Part shown: piece by piece, positions 25,868 through 32,000 of the stretch
Numbering within the stretch: position 1 is the stretch's first letter
Layout of the letters: every line of letters starts with the position of its first letter
Source of the DNA: Planctomycetales bacterium
Lineage (GTDB): Bacteria > 4484-113 > JAFGCY01
DNA length: 32,000 bases
Assembly (NCBI GenBank): GCA_022646745.1
Contig: CP060262.1
Span: forward strand, 2,070,001 to 2,102,000
Direction of reading: 5' to 3'
Program-made: the position numbers and the translations under genes
Notes under the pieces: model-generated
Databases searched by the model: none
What the model saw: only the letters and a program-made list of their open reading frames with translations
Told to the model about the DNA's origin: nothing

Positions 25868-26914
25868 ATGTCAGGCAGCAAGTTCACGTTCATAGATCTG
25901 TTCGCGGGTATCGGCGGCTTCCGCTTAGCGCTGGAGAAGCATGGCGGCAAATGCCTGTTCACGAGCGAGTGGGACAAGTACGCCCAGCAGACCTATGAAG
26001 CCTGGTATGGCGACAAGCCTCATGGCGACATAACGAAGATCGACGCCGCAGACATTCCGGATCACGACATTCTCTGCGCCGGATTTCCCTGTCAGCCCTT
26101 CTCTCTGGCAGGCGTTTCAAAGAAGAACAGCCTCGGGCGCAGCCACGGATTTGACGACGAGAAGCAAGGCAACCTGTTCTTCGAGATCATGCGCATAGTG
26201 GAGGCCAAGCGACCACCCGTGCTGTTCCTTGAGAACGTCAAGAACCTCAAGAGCCATGACAAGGGCAATACCTGGAAGGTCATTGAGGAACATCTGATCG
26301 CTGCCAATTACACACCCTTCAGCAGAATCATCGATGCGAAATACTGGGTTCCGCAACACCGGGAACGGATCTTCATCGTCTGTTTTGACAACGAGCGTTT
26401 CGGCATGGACCCCGGGTTCGAGTTCCCTGAGGAACCTTCCGAGCCTGCAATGAAGTTCGGGGATATTCTGGAGAAAGGCGTAGATCCGAAGTACATCCTT
26501 TCCGATCATCTCTGGCAGTACCTGCAGGATTACGCCGACAAGCACAGGGCGGCGGGCAACGGCTTCGGATTCGGAATTGCTGATCCCAAGGGCATCTCAC
26601 GCACGATCAGCGCTAGGTATCACAAGGATGGATCAGAGATCCTGATCGGTCGAGGCAAGGGAAAGAACCCCCGCCGACTGACTCCCAGAGAGGCCTGCCG
26701 CCTGATGGGATTCCCGGATGACAAGCCTCAGGTTGTATCTGATACACAGGCATATCGACAATTTGGCAACGCGGTTGTTCCGCTTGCGGTGGAGCATGTG
26801 CTGATGGCAATTCTGCCTGTATTACGGAAAGCGACCAGAAAGAACCAGAAAATATCAAGAAGCAATGCAAAAGCCAAGACTGTCAAGGGAGCTCTTAAGC
26901 CTGTACAATTGTAA
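25868..26914 (+). CDS. dcm: DNA (cytosine-5) methyltransferase
   Basis: Motif I FIDLFAGIGGF, motif IV GFPCQPFS, motif VI-like LFLENVKNL, and C-terminal QFGNAV. GAGGCGAGG RBS. The ORF-track start at 25862 is a GTG two codons upstream. Confidence 0.9.
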   Translation: MSGSKFTFIDLFAGIGGFRLALEKHGGKCLFTSEWDKYAQQTYEAWYGDKPHGDITKIDAADIPDHDILCAGFPCQPFSLAGVSKKNSLGRSHGFDDEKQGNLFFEIMRIVEAKRPPVLFLENVKNLKSHDKGNTWKVIEEHLIAANYTPFSRIIDAKYWVPQHRERIFIVCFDNERFGMDPGFEFPEEPSEPAMKFGDILEKGVDPKYILSDHLWQYLQDYADKHRAAGNGFGFGIADPKGISRTISARYHKDGSEILIGRGKGKNPRRLTPREACRLMGFPDDKPQVVSDTQAYRQFGNAVVPLAVEHVLMAILPVLRKATRKNQKISRSNAKAKTVKGALKPVQL

Positions 26915-26916
26915 GC

Positions 26917-28107
26917 ATGAATAAATATTCATGGCAGCATATTGTCAGGCAATGCGCAGAATCGCGTTGTGCCCTTTTGAAGATAATCAGTCCAAATGAC
27001 GCTGGCATTACCGGCACCCACCAGTGCGGTTTCTATCTTCCCAAATCAGTCTGGCAACACTTCACTGGGATTTCTCCTGAGAAGGACACGCTGAAGAAGG
27101 AAGATCTCGAGATAACCTGGCCGGATGGACTAGTAACGGATTCCGTGATCACCTGGTATGGTCAGAAAACCAGAAGCGAGTACAGGCTTACAAAGTTCGG
27201 ACGAGGTTTCCCCTGGCTAAGGGATGAATATGTAGGCAACCTGTTGGTACTGATCTTCACAGATTTCGGTAAAGCACATGCACACGTGATCGGCGATGAC
27301 ACTCTTGAAGCAAAGGTGTTGAGTGCGCTCGGGGTAGAGTTGCATTCAAACTGGGCACTGTTCGTTGGCCAGCCCATTTCTATTGATAGTCCGGCGGAGT
27401 GCATTCAGAAGAAGCAGATTGAGTACGCGGACCTTTTCGACAAATTCCCCATGGCACGAAAAATGTCAGATCTAGCAGCAGACATTCTGGAATCTTGCTC
27501 CGATCCTGATTACATCAACAGGCCGGACAAGGCATTGCTGGATCTCATGACATTGGAATACGAATTGTTCAAGAAGATTGAGAACAGACTTGTTGGCGAC
27601 ATTTCACATGACGGTGATACGGACGCTTTCATTGAAGCAGTGCTTCCCCTTATTCAGAGACGAAAAGCCAGAGCAGGAAAGTCGCTGGAAAATCATGTGG
27701 CGAGACTTCTGCGAGCAAATGCCGTCAGCTTTGAGGAACAGGCAAAGCGGATAAAGGGAAAGCCAGACGTGGTAGTGCCGGAAGAATCCTACTATTTCAG
27801 CCGAGGATTCGATCCAGGGTCTTTCCTGGTTTTGGCAATCAAGCGTACATGCAAGGACCGTTGGAGACAGGTTACCGAAGAAGCTCCCAAAATGGATGTC
27901 CGGTATCTGCTGACAATGCAGGAGGGAATCAGTTCCAACCAGCTTCTGGACATTCATAATGCAGGAATCAGATTGGTGGTTCCAAAGCAGCTTCATCGAC
28001 TATATCCGAAAGTTGATGAAGGAAACCCAATCTCAGTGTATGACTTCATTGAGGAATGTCTGAGGATCAGCAATGCTCATGATCCAGGCCAGATGAAGTT
28101 GTTATGA
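26917..28107 (+). CDS. EcoRII-like type IIE restriction endonuclease
   Basis: N-terminal LLKIISPNDAGITGTHQCGFYLPK resembles the EcoRII B3-like effector domain. C-terminal RRKARAGKSLENHVARLL...GKPDVVVP...AIKRTCKDRWRQV resembles the EcoRII catalytic domain. It sits between a C5-methyltransferase gene and vsr. Size of 396 aa is close to EcoRII. Confidence 0.65.
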   Translation: MNKYSWQHIVRQCAESRCALLKIISPNDAGITGTHQCGFYLPKSVWQHFTGISPEKDTLKKEDLEITWPDGLVTDSVITWYGQKTRSEYRLTKFGRGFPWLRDEYVGNLLVLIFTDFGKAHAHVIGDDTLEAKVLSALGVELHSNWALFVGQPISIDSPAECIQKKQIEYADLFDKFPMARKMSDLAADILESCSDPDYINRPDKALLDLMTLEYELFKKIENRLVGDISHDGDTDAFIEAVLPLIQRRKARAGKSLENHVARLLRANAVSFEEQAKRIKGKPDVVVPEESYYFSRGFDPGSFLVLAIKRTCKDRWRQVTEEAPKMDVRYLLTMQEGISSNQLLDIHNAGIRLVVPKQLHRLYPKVDEGNPISVYDFIEECLRISNAHDPGQMKLL

Positions 28108-28508
28108 CTCCAACTACTGAATCCCGCTCCCGCAACATGGCGGCGATCAAGGGCAAGGACACCAAGCCTGAAATGCTGGTCCGGCGGATGCTGCATGGGA
28201 TGGGATTCAGATACTCACTGCACAGGAAGGGACTGCCAGGCAGGCCGGATATCGTGCTCACCCGTCATGGCAAGATCGTGTTGGTCAACGGCTGTTTCTG
28301 GCATATGCACAGTTGCAGGTATGGGCAGGTCAAACCCAGGAACAACGCGGAGTTCTGGGAAAACAAGCGGCAGACCAACCGTGAGCGGGACAGACGCAAC
28401 CGCCGGGACCTGAAAGCCTTGGGATGGAAGGTGCTTACTGTATGGGAATGCCAGACGCGTGACCCGAGGAAGTTGGAGCGCATCCTGCGGAAGTTCATGG
28501 ATAGCTGA
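28104..28508 (+). CDS. vsr: Very short patch repair endonuclease
   Basis: SRNMAAIKGKDTKPEMLVRRMLHGMGFRYSLH...LPGRPDIVL...VNGCFWHMH...NAEFWENKRQTNRERD...GWKVLTVWEC is a typical Vsr. ATGA overlap with the endonuclease gene. Confidence 0.9.
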   Translation: MTPTTESRSRNMAAIKGKDTKPEMLVRRMLHGMGFRYSLHRKGLPGRPDIVLTRHGKIVLVNGCFWHMHSCRYGQVKPRNNAEFWENKRQTNRERDRRNRRDLKALGWKVLTVWECQTRDPRKLERILRKFMDS

Positions 28509-28511
28509 ACT

Positions 28512-28605
28512 CTGAAAGCAGAGAGCAGTAAGCAGAAACTCACGAGCTGAAAACGTAATGCTGGAAGAAGTGGTCTGCTCGCTGCTATCAGCTTCCTGCT
28601 TACAG
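28512..28605. repeat. Heptamer-unit imperfect palindrome (GAAAGCA/GAGAGCA/GTAAGCA types) between the vsr and holB stops
   Basis: Left arm CTGAAAGCAGAGAGCAGTAAGCAG (28512..28535) against the reverse complement of 28582..28605, 18 of 24 matches by hand. The holB TAA stop (28600..28602) lies in the right arm. Confidence 0.7.
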
Positions 28606-29979
28606 CGAGGCCTCAAACGCCATCTGGGCCAGCTCGCGGTCCACGTTGCCGCTGATGCGCCTGCGCAGCAGGGCCAGCTTAGCCATGTAGGTGGGGTCGC
28701 CCCAGGGACCAGGGACCTGGGACCGGGGATCAGCATAACGGGTATCGGGTTTCCGGTTTCCGGTTTCGGCATACCGGGTGTCGGGTTTCGGGATTCGGGT
28801 TTCGGCATACCGGGTTTCGGGTTTCGGGTTTCCGGTTTCGGCAGAGCGCTGGCGTGGATCTGATTGAGGCCTCTGCGGACCCCCGAAACCAGATCCCCGA
28901 TCCCCGAGGCTTGTCTGCGGAGCCCCGAGCCCCGAGCCCCGAGCCCCGTCCTCCCAGTCGTCCATATTTATTATTCCGGTGTCGGGTGTCGGGTTTCGGG
29001 TTTCGGCATATCGGGTTGCAGGTTTCGGGTTTCGGGTTTCAGCAGAGCGGTTCTGCGGGTCCCCGTTCCCCGATCCCTGTTCCCTGTTCCCCGTATGCAG
29101 CAGCCACCAGCTGGCGCGGTCATAGGCGCTCACCAGCGCCTGGCGCGTAAGCTCATTCTGCCGCGCCTTCGGCAGCGCCTTCTCCAGCTCGGCCTCCTCC
29201 ATCCCGTGGTCGGCCTGTTCCTTCTCCCACAGCAGCGCATGCTCAAAGCCGGCCGCATCCGCCGCCGCCTCCAGCACCCCGCTGCGCCGCATGATGGCCT
29301 CGGCCAGCACGGTCAGCGCACGCCGCCAGGCCTTGTTCCCGCCGAGCGCCAGGCTGTCCACATAGCGTCCGCCGCCCAGCAGCGCCCCTTCACTGGCAGA
29401 CTGCGCATCCAGCCCACTGGCCGCCAGTGCCGCCGCCAGCTCCTCTGAGCCCAGCGGTGACAGCGTGATCTTCTGCCCACGGCTGTGGATCGTCGGCAGG
29501 AGCAGCTCCGGGCGGTCCGTGGTCAGCAGGAACACAGTCTGCGCCGGGGCCTCCTCGAACAGCTTCAGCAGGCGGTTGCCGCTTTCCTCGTTCAGGTGGT
29601 GCGCATTGTCGATCATGAACACGCGGTGGCTCAGCAGGTTCGGCTTGTACAGCGCCGTGGCGAGCCCGCCATGCTCCTCGTCCAGCTGCTTTACCGAGAC
29701 GTCCTGCCCGCGCGGACGCACTGTGACATACTCCGGCTGCTCACCGGCAGCGATCGAGCGGCAGGCGTAGCATTCACCGCAGAAGGACAGCGGCTCCGAG
29801 GCCGGACGTGCACCGGTGCAGCACAGGGCCCGGGCCACGATGGTGGCGAGCGTGGTCTTGCCCAGCCCGCGCTGCCCGAGCAGCAGGAATGTGCCGCTCA
29901 GCCGCCCGCGTTCGATGTAGCGCGTGAGCAGGGAGCGCGCACGCTGCTGGCCGACGAACTCGGAGGCGGATGCAAGCAC
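28600..29979 (-). CDS. holB: DNA polymerase III subunit delta' carrying a ~131-codon low-complexity insertion near the C-terminus
   Basis: LLLGQRGLGKTT P-loop, Zn-module-like CGECYACRSI, VFMIDNAHHLN, TIHSRGQ (SRC-like). GTG start at 29979 with no RBS. On the coding strand, TATAAT (29991..29986) ends 6 nt before the GTG, so the mRNA may be leaderless. The start is uncertain. Confidence 0.85.
   Translation of the reverse strand: MLASASEFVGQQRARSLLTRYIERGRLSGTFLLLGQRGLGKTTLATIVARALCCTGARPASEPLSFCGECYACRSIAAGEQPEYVTVRPRGQDVSVKQLDEEHGGLATALYKPNLLSHRVFMIDNAHHLNEESGNRLLKLFEEAPAQTVFLLTTDRPELLLPTIHSRGQKITLSPLGSEELAAALAASGLDAQSASEGALLGGGRYVDSLALGGNKAWRRALTVLAEAIMRRSGVLEAAADAAGFEHALLWEKEQADHGMEEAELEKALPKARQNELTRQALVSAYDRASWWLLHTGNREQGSGNGDPQNRSAETRNPKPATRYAETRNPTPDTGIINMDDWEDGARGSGLGAPQTSLGDRGSGFGGPQRPQSDPRQRSAETGNPKPETRYAETRIPKPDTRYAETGNRKPDTRYADPRSQVPGPWGDPTYMAKLALLRRRISGNVDRELAQMAFEASL
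28699..29091 (-). repeat. Two tandem in-frame copies of the heptamer-repeat / hairpin element inside holB
   Basis: In coding sense the order is: GGGAACA units, a GCAGA..CTCTGC core, GAAACCC units, the AT-rich junction AATAATAAATATG, GGGGCTC x4, GGGGATC units, the core, a long GAAACCS run, then GGTCCCW units. Confidence 0.8.
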
Positions 29980-30127
29980 GGCTCGATTATAGGGGACAGG
30001 CTGCAGCCTGCATGGTGCAGGGTAGGAGCTGGGTCATGGTTAACGGGGTGCAGTTCATTCTTTACATGTGCAAATTGAAACAAAAACCCTGTAAGCACAG
30101 AAATAAGCCAAATTTGCAAAATCAAGG

Positions 30128-30133
30128 TATAAT
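30128..30133 (+). promoter_or_regulatory. Candidate -10 box (TATAAT) giving a ~140-nt leader for the RRM protein gene
   Basis: Perfect TATAAT in the AT-richer 296-nt intergenic region. The -35 is weak. Confidence 0.3.
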
Positions 30134-30275
30134 CGCCCGAGATGTCGCCGTTCGCGGCCGTTCAGCATGAGATTAGCCATTTGGCCTTCGCAAGTTCACA
30201 AACTGCCTGACCCGAATCGCTGTCCCCAAGCTCCGTAGTACATCGACCAAATATTTTTTTCCTGGAGATTCAGCG

Positions 30276-30608
30276 ATGAATATCTATGTTGGCAACCTTG
30301 ACTTCAAGACCACTGAGAACGAGCTTCGTGAAGCTTTCGCCGTCCACGGTTCCGTGGACAGCTGCCGCATCATCACCGACAAGATGACCGGCCGCCCGAA
30401 GGGCTTCGCCTTCATCGAGATGGAGGATGCCGGTGCCCGCGCCGCGATCGCAGCCCTCGACGGCAGCCAGCTTGGCAGCCGCACCATCAAGGTGAACGAG
30501 AGCCAGCCGCGTGAGGACCGTCCTCGTGGCGGCGGCGGTGGCCGTGGCGGCTACGGCGGCGGCGGCGACCGTGGCTACGGCGGCGGTGGCGGCGGCGGTC
30601 GCTGGTAA
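30276..30608 (+). CDS. RRM-type RNA-binding protein with a glycine/arginine-rich tail
   Basis: RNP2 IYVGNL and RNP1 KGFAFIEM. C-terminal RGGGGGRGGYGGGGDRGYGGGGGGGRW. GGAGA RBS. Confidence 0.9.
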   Translation: MNIYVGNLDFKTTENELREAFAVHGSVDSCRIITDKMTGRPKGFAFIEMEDAGARAAIAALDGSQLGSRTIKVNESQPREDRPRGGGGGRGGYGGGGDRGYGGGGGGGRW

Positions 30609-30657
30609 ACCGGCAACCGCAGGGCCGGCATATGCCGGCACTCAAGCAAGGAATCAA

Positions 30658-30686
30658 GCGGGCGGGGGAAACCCCGCCCTTTTTGT
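30658..30686 (+). terminator. Rho-independent terminator
   Basis: GGCGGGG-GAAA-CCCCGCC followed by CTTTTTG. Confidence 0.75.
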
Positions 30687-30694
30687 TAGCTTGA

Positions 30695-30895
30695 AGGGAA
30701 CAGGTTGCAGGTTGCAGGAATAGCAATGAGTAATGAAGAGTGAGCAATGAGTCTTACCTGCAGCGAGGTTACCTCGAATAGGCTCAGGCTCATTGCTTAT
30801 AACTCATACTTCATTGCTTTCCTGACCACTGCCTACTGCCCACTGATTACTGCCACTCCGAGCTCCACCCTCCAAACTCCAACCTATACTTACTG
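30695..30895. repeat. Composite heptamer-unit array (GCAGGTT, GCAATGA/GTAATGA, then NNCACTG/CTCCNNN types)
   Basis: Arms 30723..30751 and 30789..30817 are inverted (21 of 29 by hand). 30820..30856 shares CCTGACCACTG with 8713..8723. 30858..30885 is an inverted copy of 5466..5493. Confidence 0.75.
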
Positions 30896-30897
30896 CC

Positions 30898-31554
30898 ATG
30901 CGCCTGCGCCACTGGGTCTGCGGACCGCTTGACAACAACATCTACCTGCTGGAGGACGAGGCGGCCGGCCGCTGCGTGCTGTTCGACCCCGGCATCGACA
31001 TCGGCCCGGTGTTCCAGCACATTGACGACAATGGCCTCGAAGTCGAGCGCATCCTGCTCACGCATGCGCACTTCGACCACATCTTCGGCCTGGCCGAGGC
31101 CAAGCGGCGCTACAACTGCCCGATCCACATGCATCCGGATGACGAGGAGGTGCGCGCGCGCTTCCTGACGATCTGCGAGAACTGGGGCTTCCCCGGCGCG
31201 GACGCACCCCCTGAGATTGACGAACCGCTCAGCCACGGGCAGCGCCTGCAGCTGCTAGGCACGTCGTGCGAGGTGCGCCACACGCCGGGGCATGCCCCGG
31301 GCCAGGTGGCCTTTGTGTTTGACAACTTCGCGATCGTCGGCGACACGCTGTTCCAGCGCAGCATCGGGCGCTACGACCTGCCGGGCAGCGACCCGCAGGC
31401 GCTCGTCAACTCGATCATGGAGCAGCTCTACAGCCTGCCGGACGAGACCGTCGTCTACCCCGGGCACGGCGGCTTCACCACGATCGGCGAGGAGCGGCGC
31501 TTCAATCCTTACGTCGGCGAAGGCGCGCGCTTCCGGCTGCGCGAGGACGACTAG
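30898..31554 (+). CDS. MBL-fold metallo-hydrolase (glyoxalase II-like)
   Basis: LLTHAHFDHIFG metal motif, HTPGHAPG, GDTLF, PGHG. No obvious RBS. Confidence 0.85.
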   Translation: MRLRHWVCGPLDNNIYLLEDEAAGRCVLFDPGIDIGPVFQHIDDNGLEVERILLTHAHFDHIFGLAEAKRRYNCPIHMHPDDEEVRARFLTICENWGFPGADAPPEIDEPLSHGQRLQLLGTSCEVRHTPGHAPGQVAFVFDNFAIVGDTLFQRSIGRYDLPGSDPQALVNSIMEQLYSLPDETVVYPGHGGFTTIGEERRFNPYVGEGARFRLREDD

Positions 31555-32000
31555 CCGGCGGCACCGCTGCCGGTGCTGTCCTCACAGCGTCCGCCGAGCT
31601 GCTTCGCGAGGAAGCGGTCCGCGCGATGGTACCAGTCGAGGCGGTTCTGCGGCCGGGCGAAGCCATGGCCCTCGTCCTCGTAGCAGACGTACTCCACCTC
31701 GAGCCCTTTTTCGCGCATGCTGTCAACGATCTGCTCGCTCTCCGGACGCTTGACCCGCGGGTCGTTGGCACCCTGCGCGATCAGCAGCGGGACGCGGATC
31801 CTGTCAACGTAGTTGAACGGGCTGATTGAGCGGATGAACTCCAGCTCGGCCCGGTCCTCTTCGCTGTAGTCCGCCTTGTCCTTCAGCGTGCCGTCGGCAT
31901 TGCGCGGAATCACGCCCACGCGGCGGTCCATCACGCGGCGGAAGCTCTCCCAGTAGGGCGGGATGCTGTTGAGGAAGGTTTCCATGTTGCTCGGGCCGAC
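31551..32000 (-). CDS. S9 family (prolyl oligopeptidase-type) serine peptidase, C-terminal part; the gene continues past the right edge
   Basis: The frame stays open upstream of the listed ATG to base 32000 (..VGPSNMETFLNSIPPYW). LLIAQGANDPRV (Asp) and YEDEGHGF (His) belong to the catalytic triad region. Its stop overlaps the MBL stop in CTAG (31551..31554). Confidence 0.8.
   Translation of the reverse strand, partial: VGPSNMETFLNSIPPYWESFRRVMDRRVGVIPRNADGTLKDKADYSEEDRAELEFIRSISPFNYVDRIRVPLLIAQGANDPRVKRPESEQIVDSMREKGLEVEYVCYEDEGHGFARPQNRLDWYHRADRFLAKQLGGRCEDSTGSGAAG

Noticed and set aside
28699-29091. Possibility of a CRISPR array, given the dense short repeats
   Set aside because: The period is 7 nt with no unique spacers, the region lies inside an open reading frame, and there are no cas genes in the window.
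28215-29448. ORFs crossing the repeat element (197 aa on the minus strand, 194 aa and 101 aa on the plus strand), encoding GFGFRVSGF-type peptides
   Set aside because: The heptamer units are stop-free in all six frames, so spurious ORFs are expected. The holB frame is the only one continuous with recognisable protein domains on both sides.
30270-30747. Minus- and plus-strand ORFs over the RRM gene tail (Ala/Thr/Val runs, Arg/His runs)
   Set aside because: They are alternative-frame readings of the GGC-rich glycine tail. The RRM frame has canonical RNP1 and RNP2 motifs.
1-32000. Search for tRNA, rRNA, tmRNA and RNase P signatures (T-loop GGTTCGAATCC-like motifs, GAGGAAAGTCC, terminal CCA contexts)
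   Set aside because: I found none by eye. This is a visual scan only and should be confirmed with tRNAscan-SE or Infernal.

Overview
High-GC bacterial chromosomal segment. I found no rRNA, tRNA or CRISPR array by eye.

Gene content, left to right:
- A Pol II-like family B DNA polymerase (minus strand, truncated by the window edge). Its 3'-5' exonuclease motifs all look mutated.
- Divergent from it, an rplY (L25) / NurA-like / HerA-like operon.
- A small lower-GC lipoprotein gene and a DUF4287-like gene.
- A lipoprotein PQQ-type sugar dehydrogenase.
- An ~8 kb minus-strand block of four secreted or lipoproteins arranged as two tandem paralog pairs.
- grpB-like and mnmA.
- A GxxExxY gene enclosed by nested long inverted repeats.
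- A four-gene envelope operon: FG-GAP lipoprotein, LmeA/DUF2993-like, small secreted protein, large polytopic membrane protein.
- A Xer-type tyrosine recombinase.
- A visibly lower-GC Dcm / EcoRII-like / Vsr restriction-modification island.
- holB, an RRM glycine-rich RNA-binding protein, an MBL hydrolase, and the 3' end of an S9 peptidase.

The most unusual signal is not a gene. It is a dispersed family of heptanucleotide (7-nt unit) repeat arrays, usually organised as long imperfect palindromes.
- Five sit in intergenic regions, three of them at convergent gene ends.
- One hairpin-cored variant (GAAACCS / GGGGATC / GGGACCW units) is inserted in-frame into two unrelated housekeeping genes, the Xer recombinase and holB. 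It has the same orientation and reading frame in both and adds SAETGNPKPxTRY-type low-complexity peptide.

All family assignments come from motif recognition by eye. No database search was possible.
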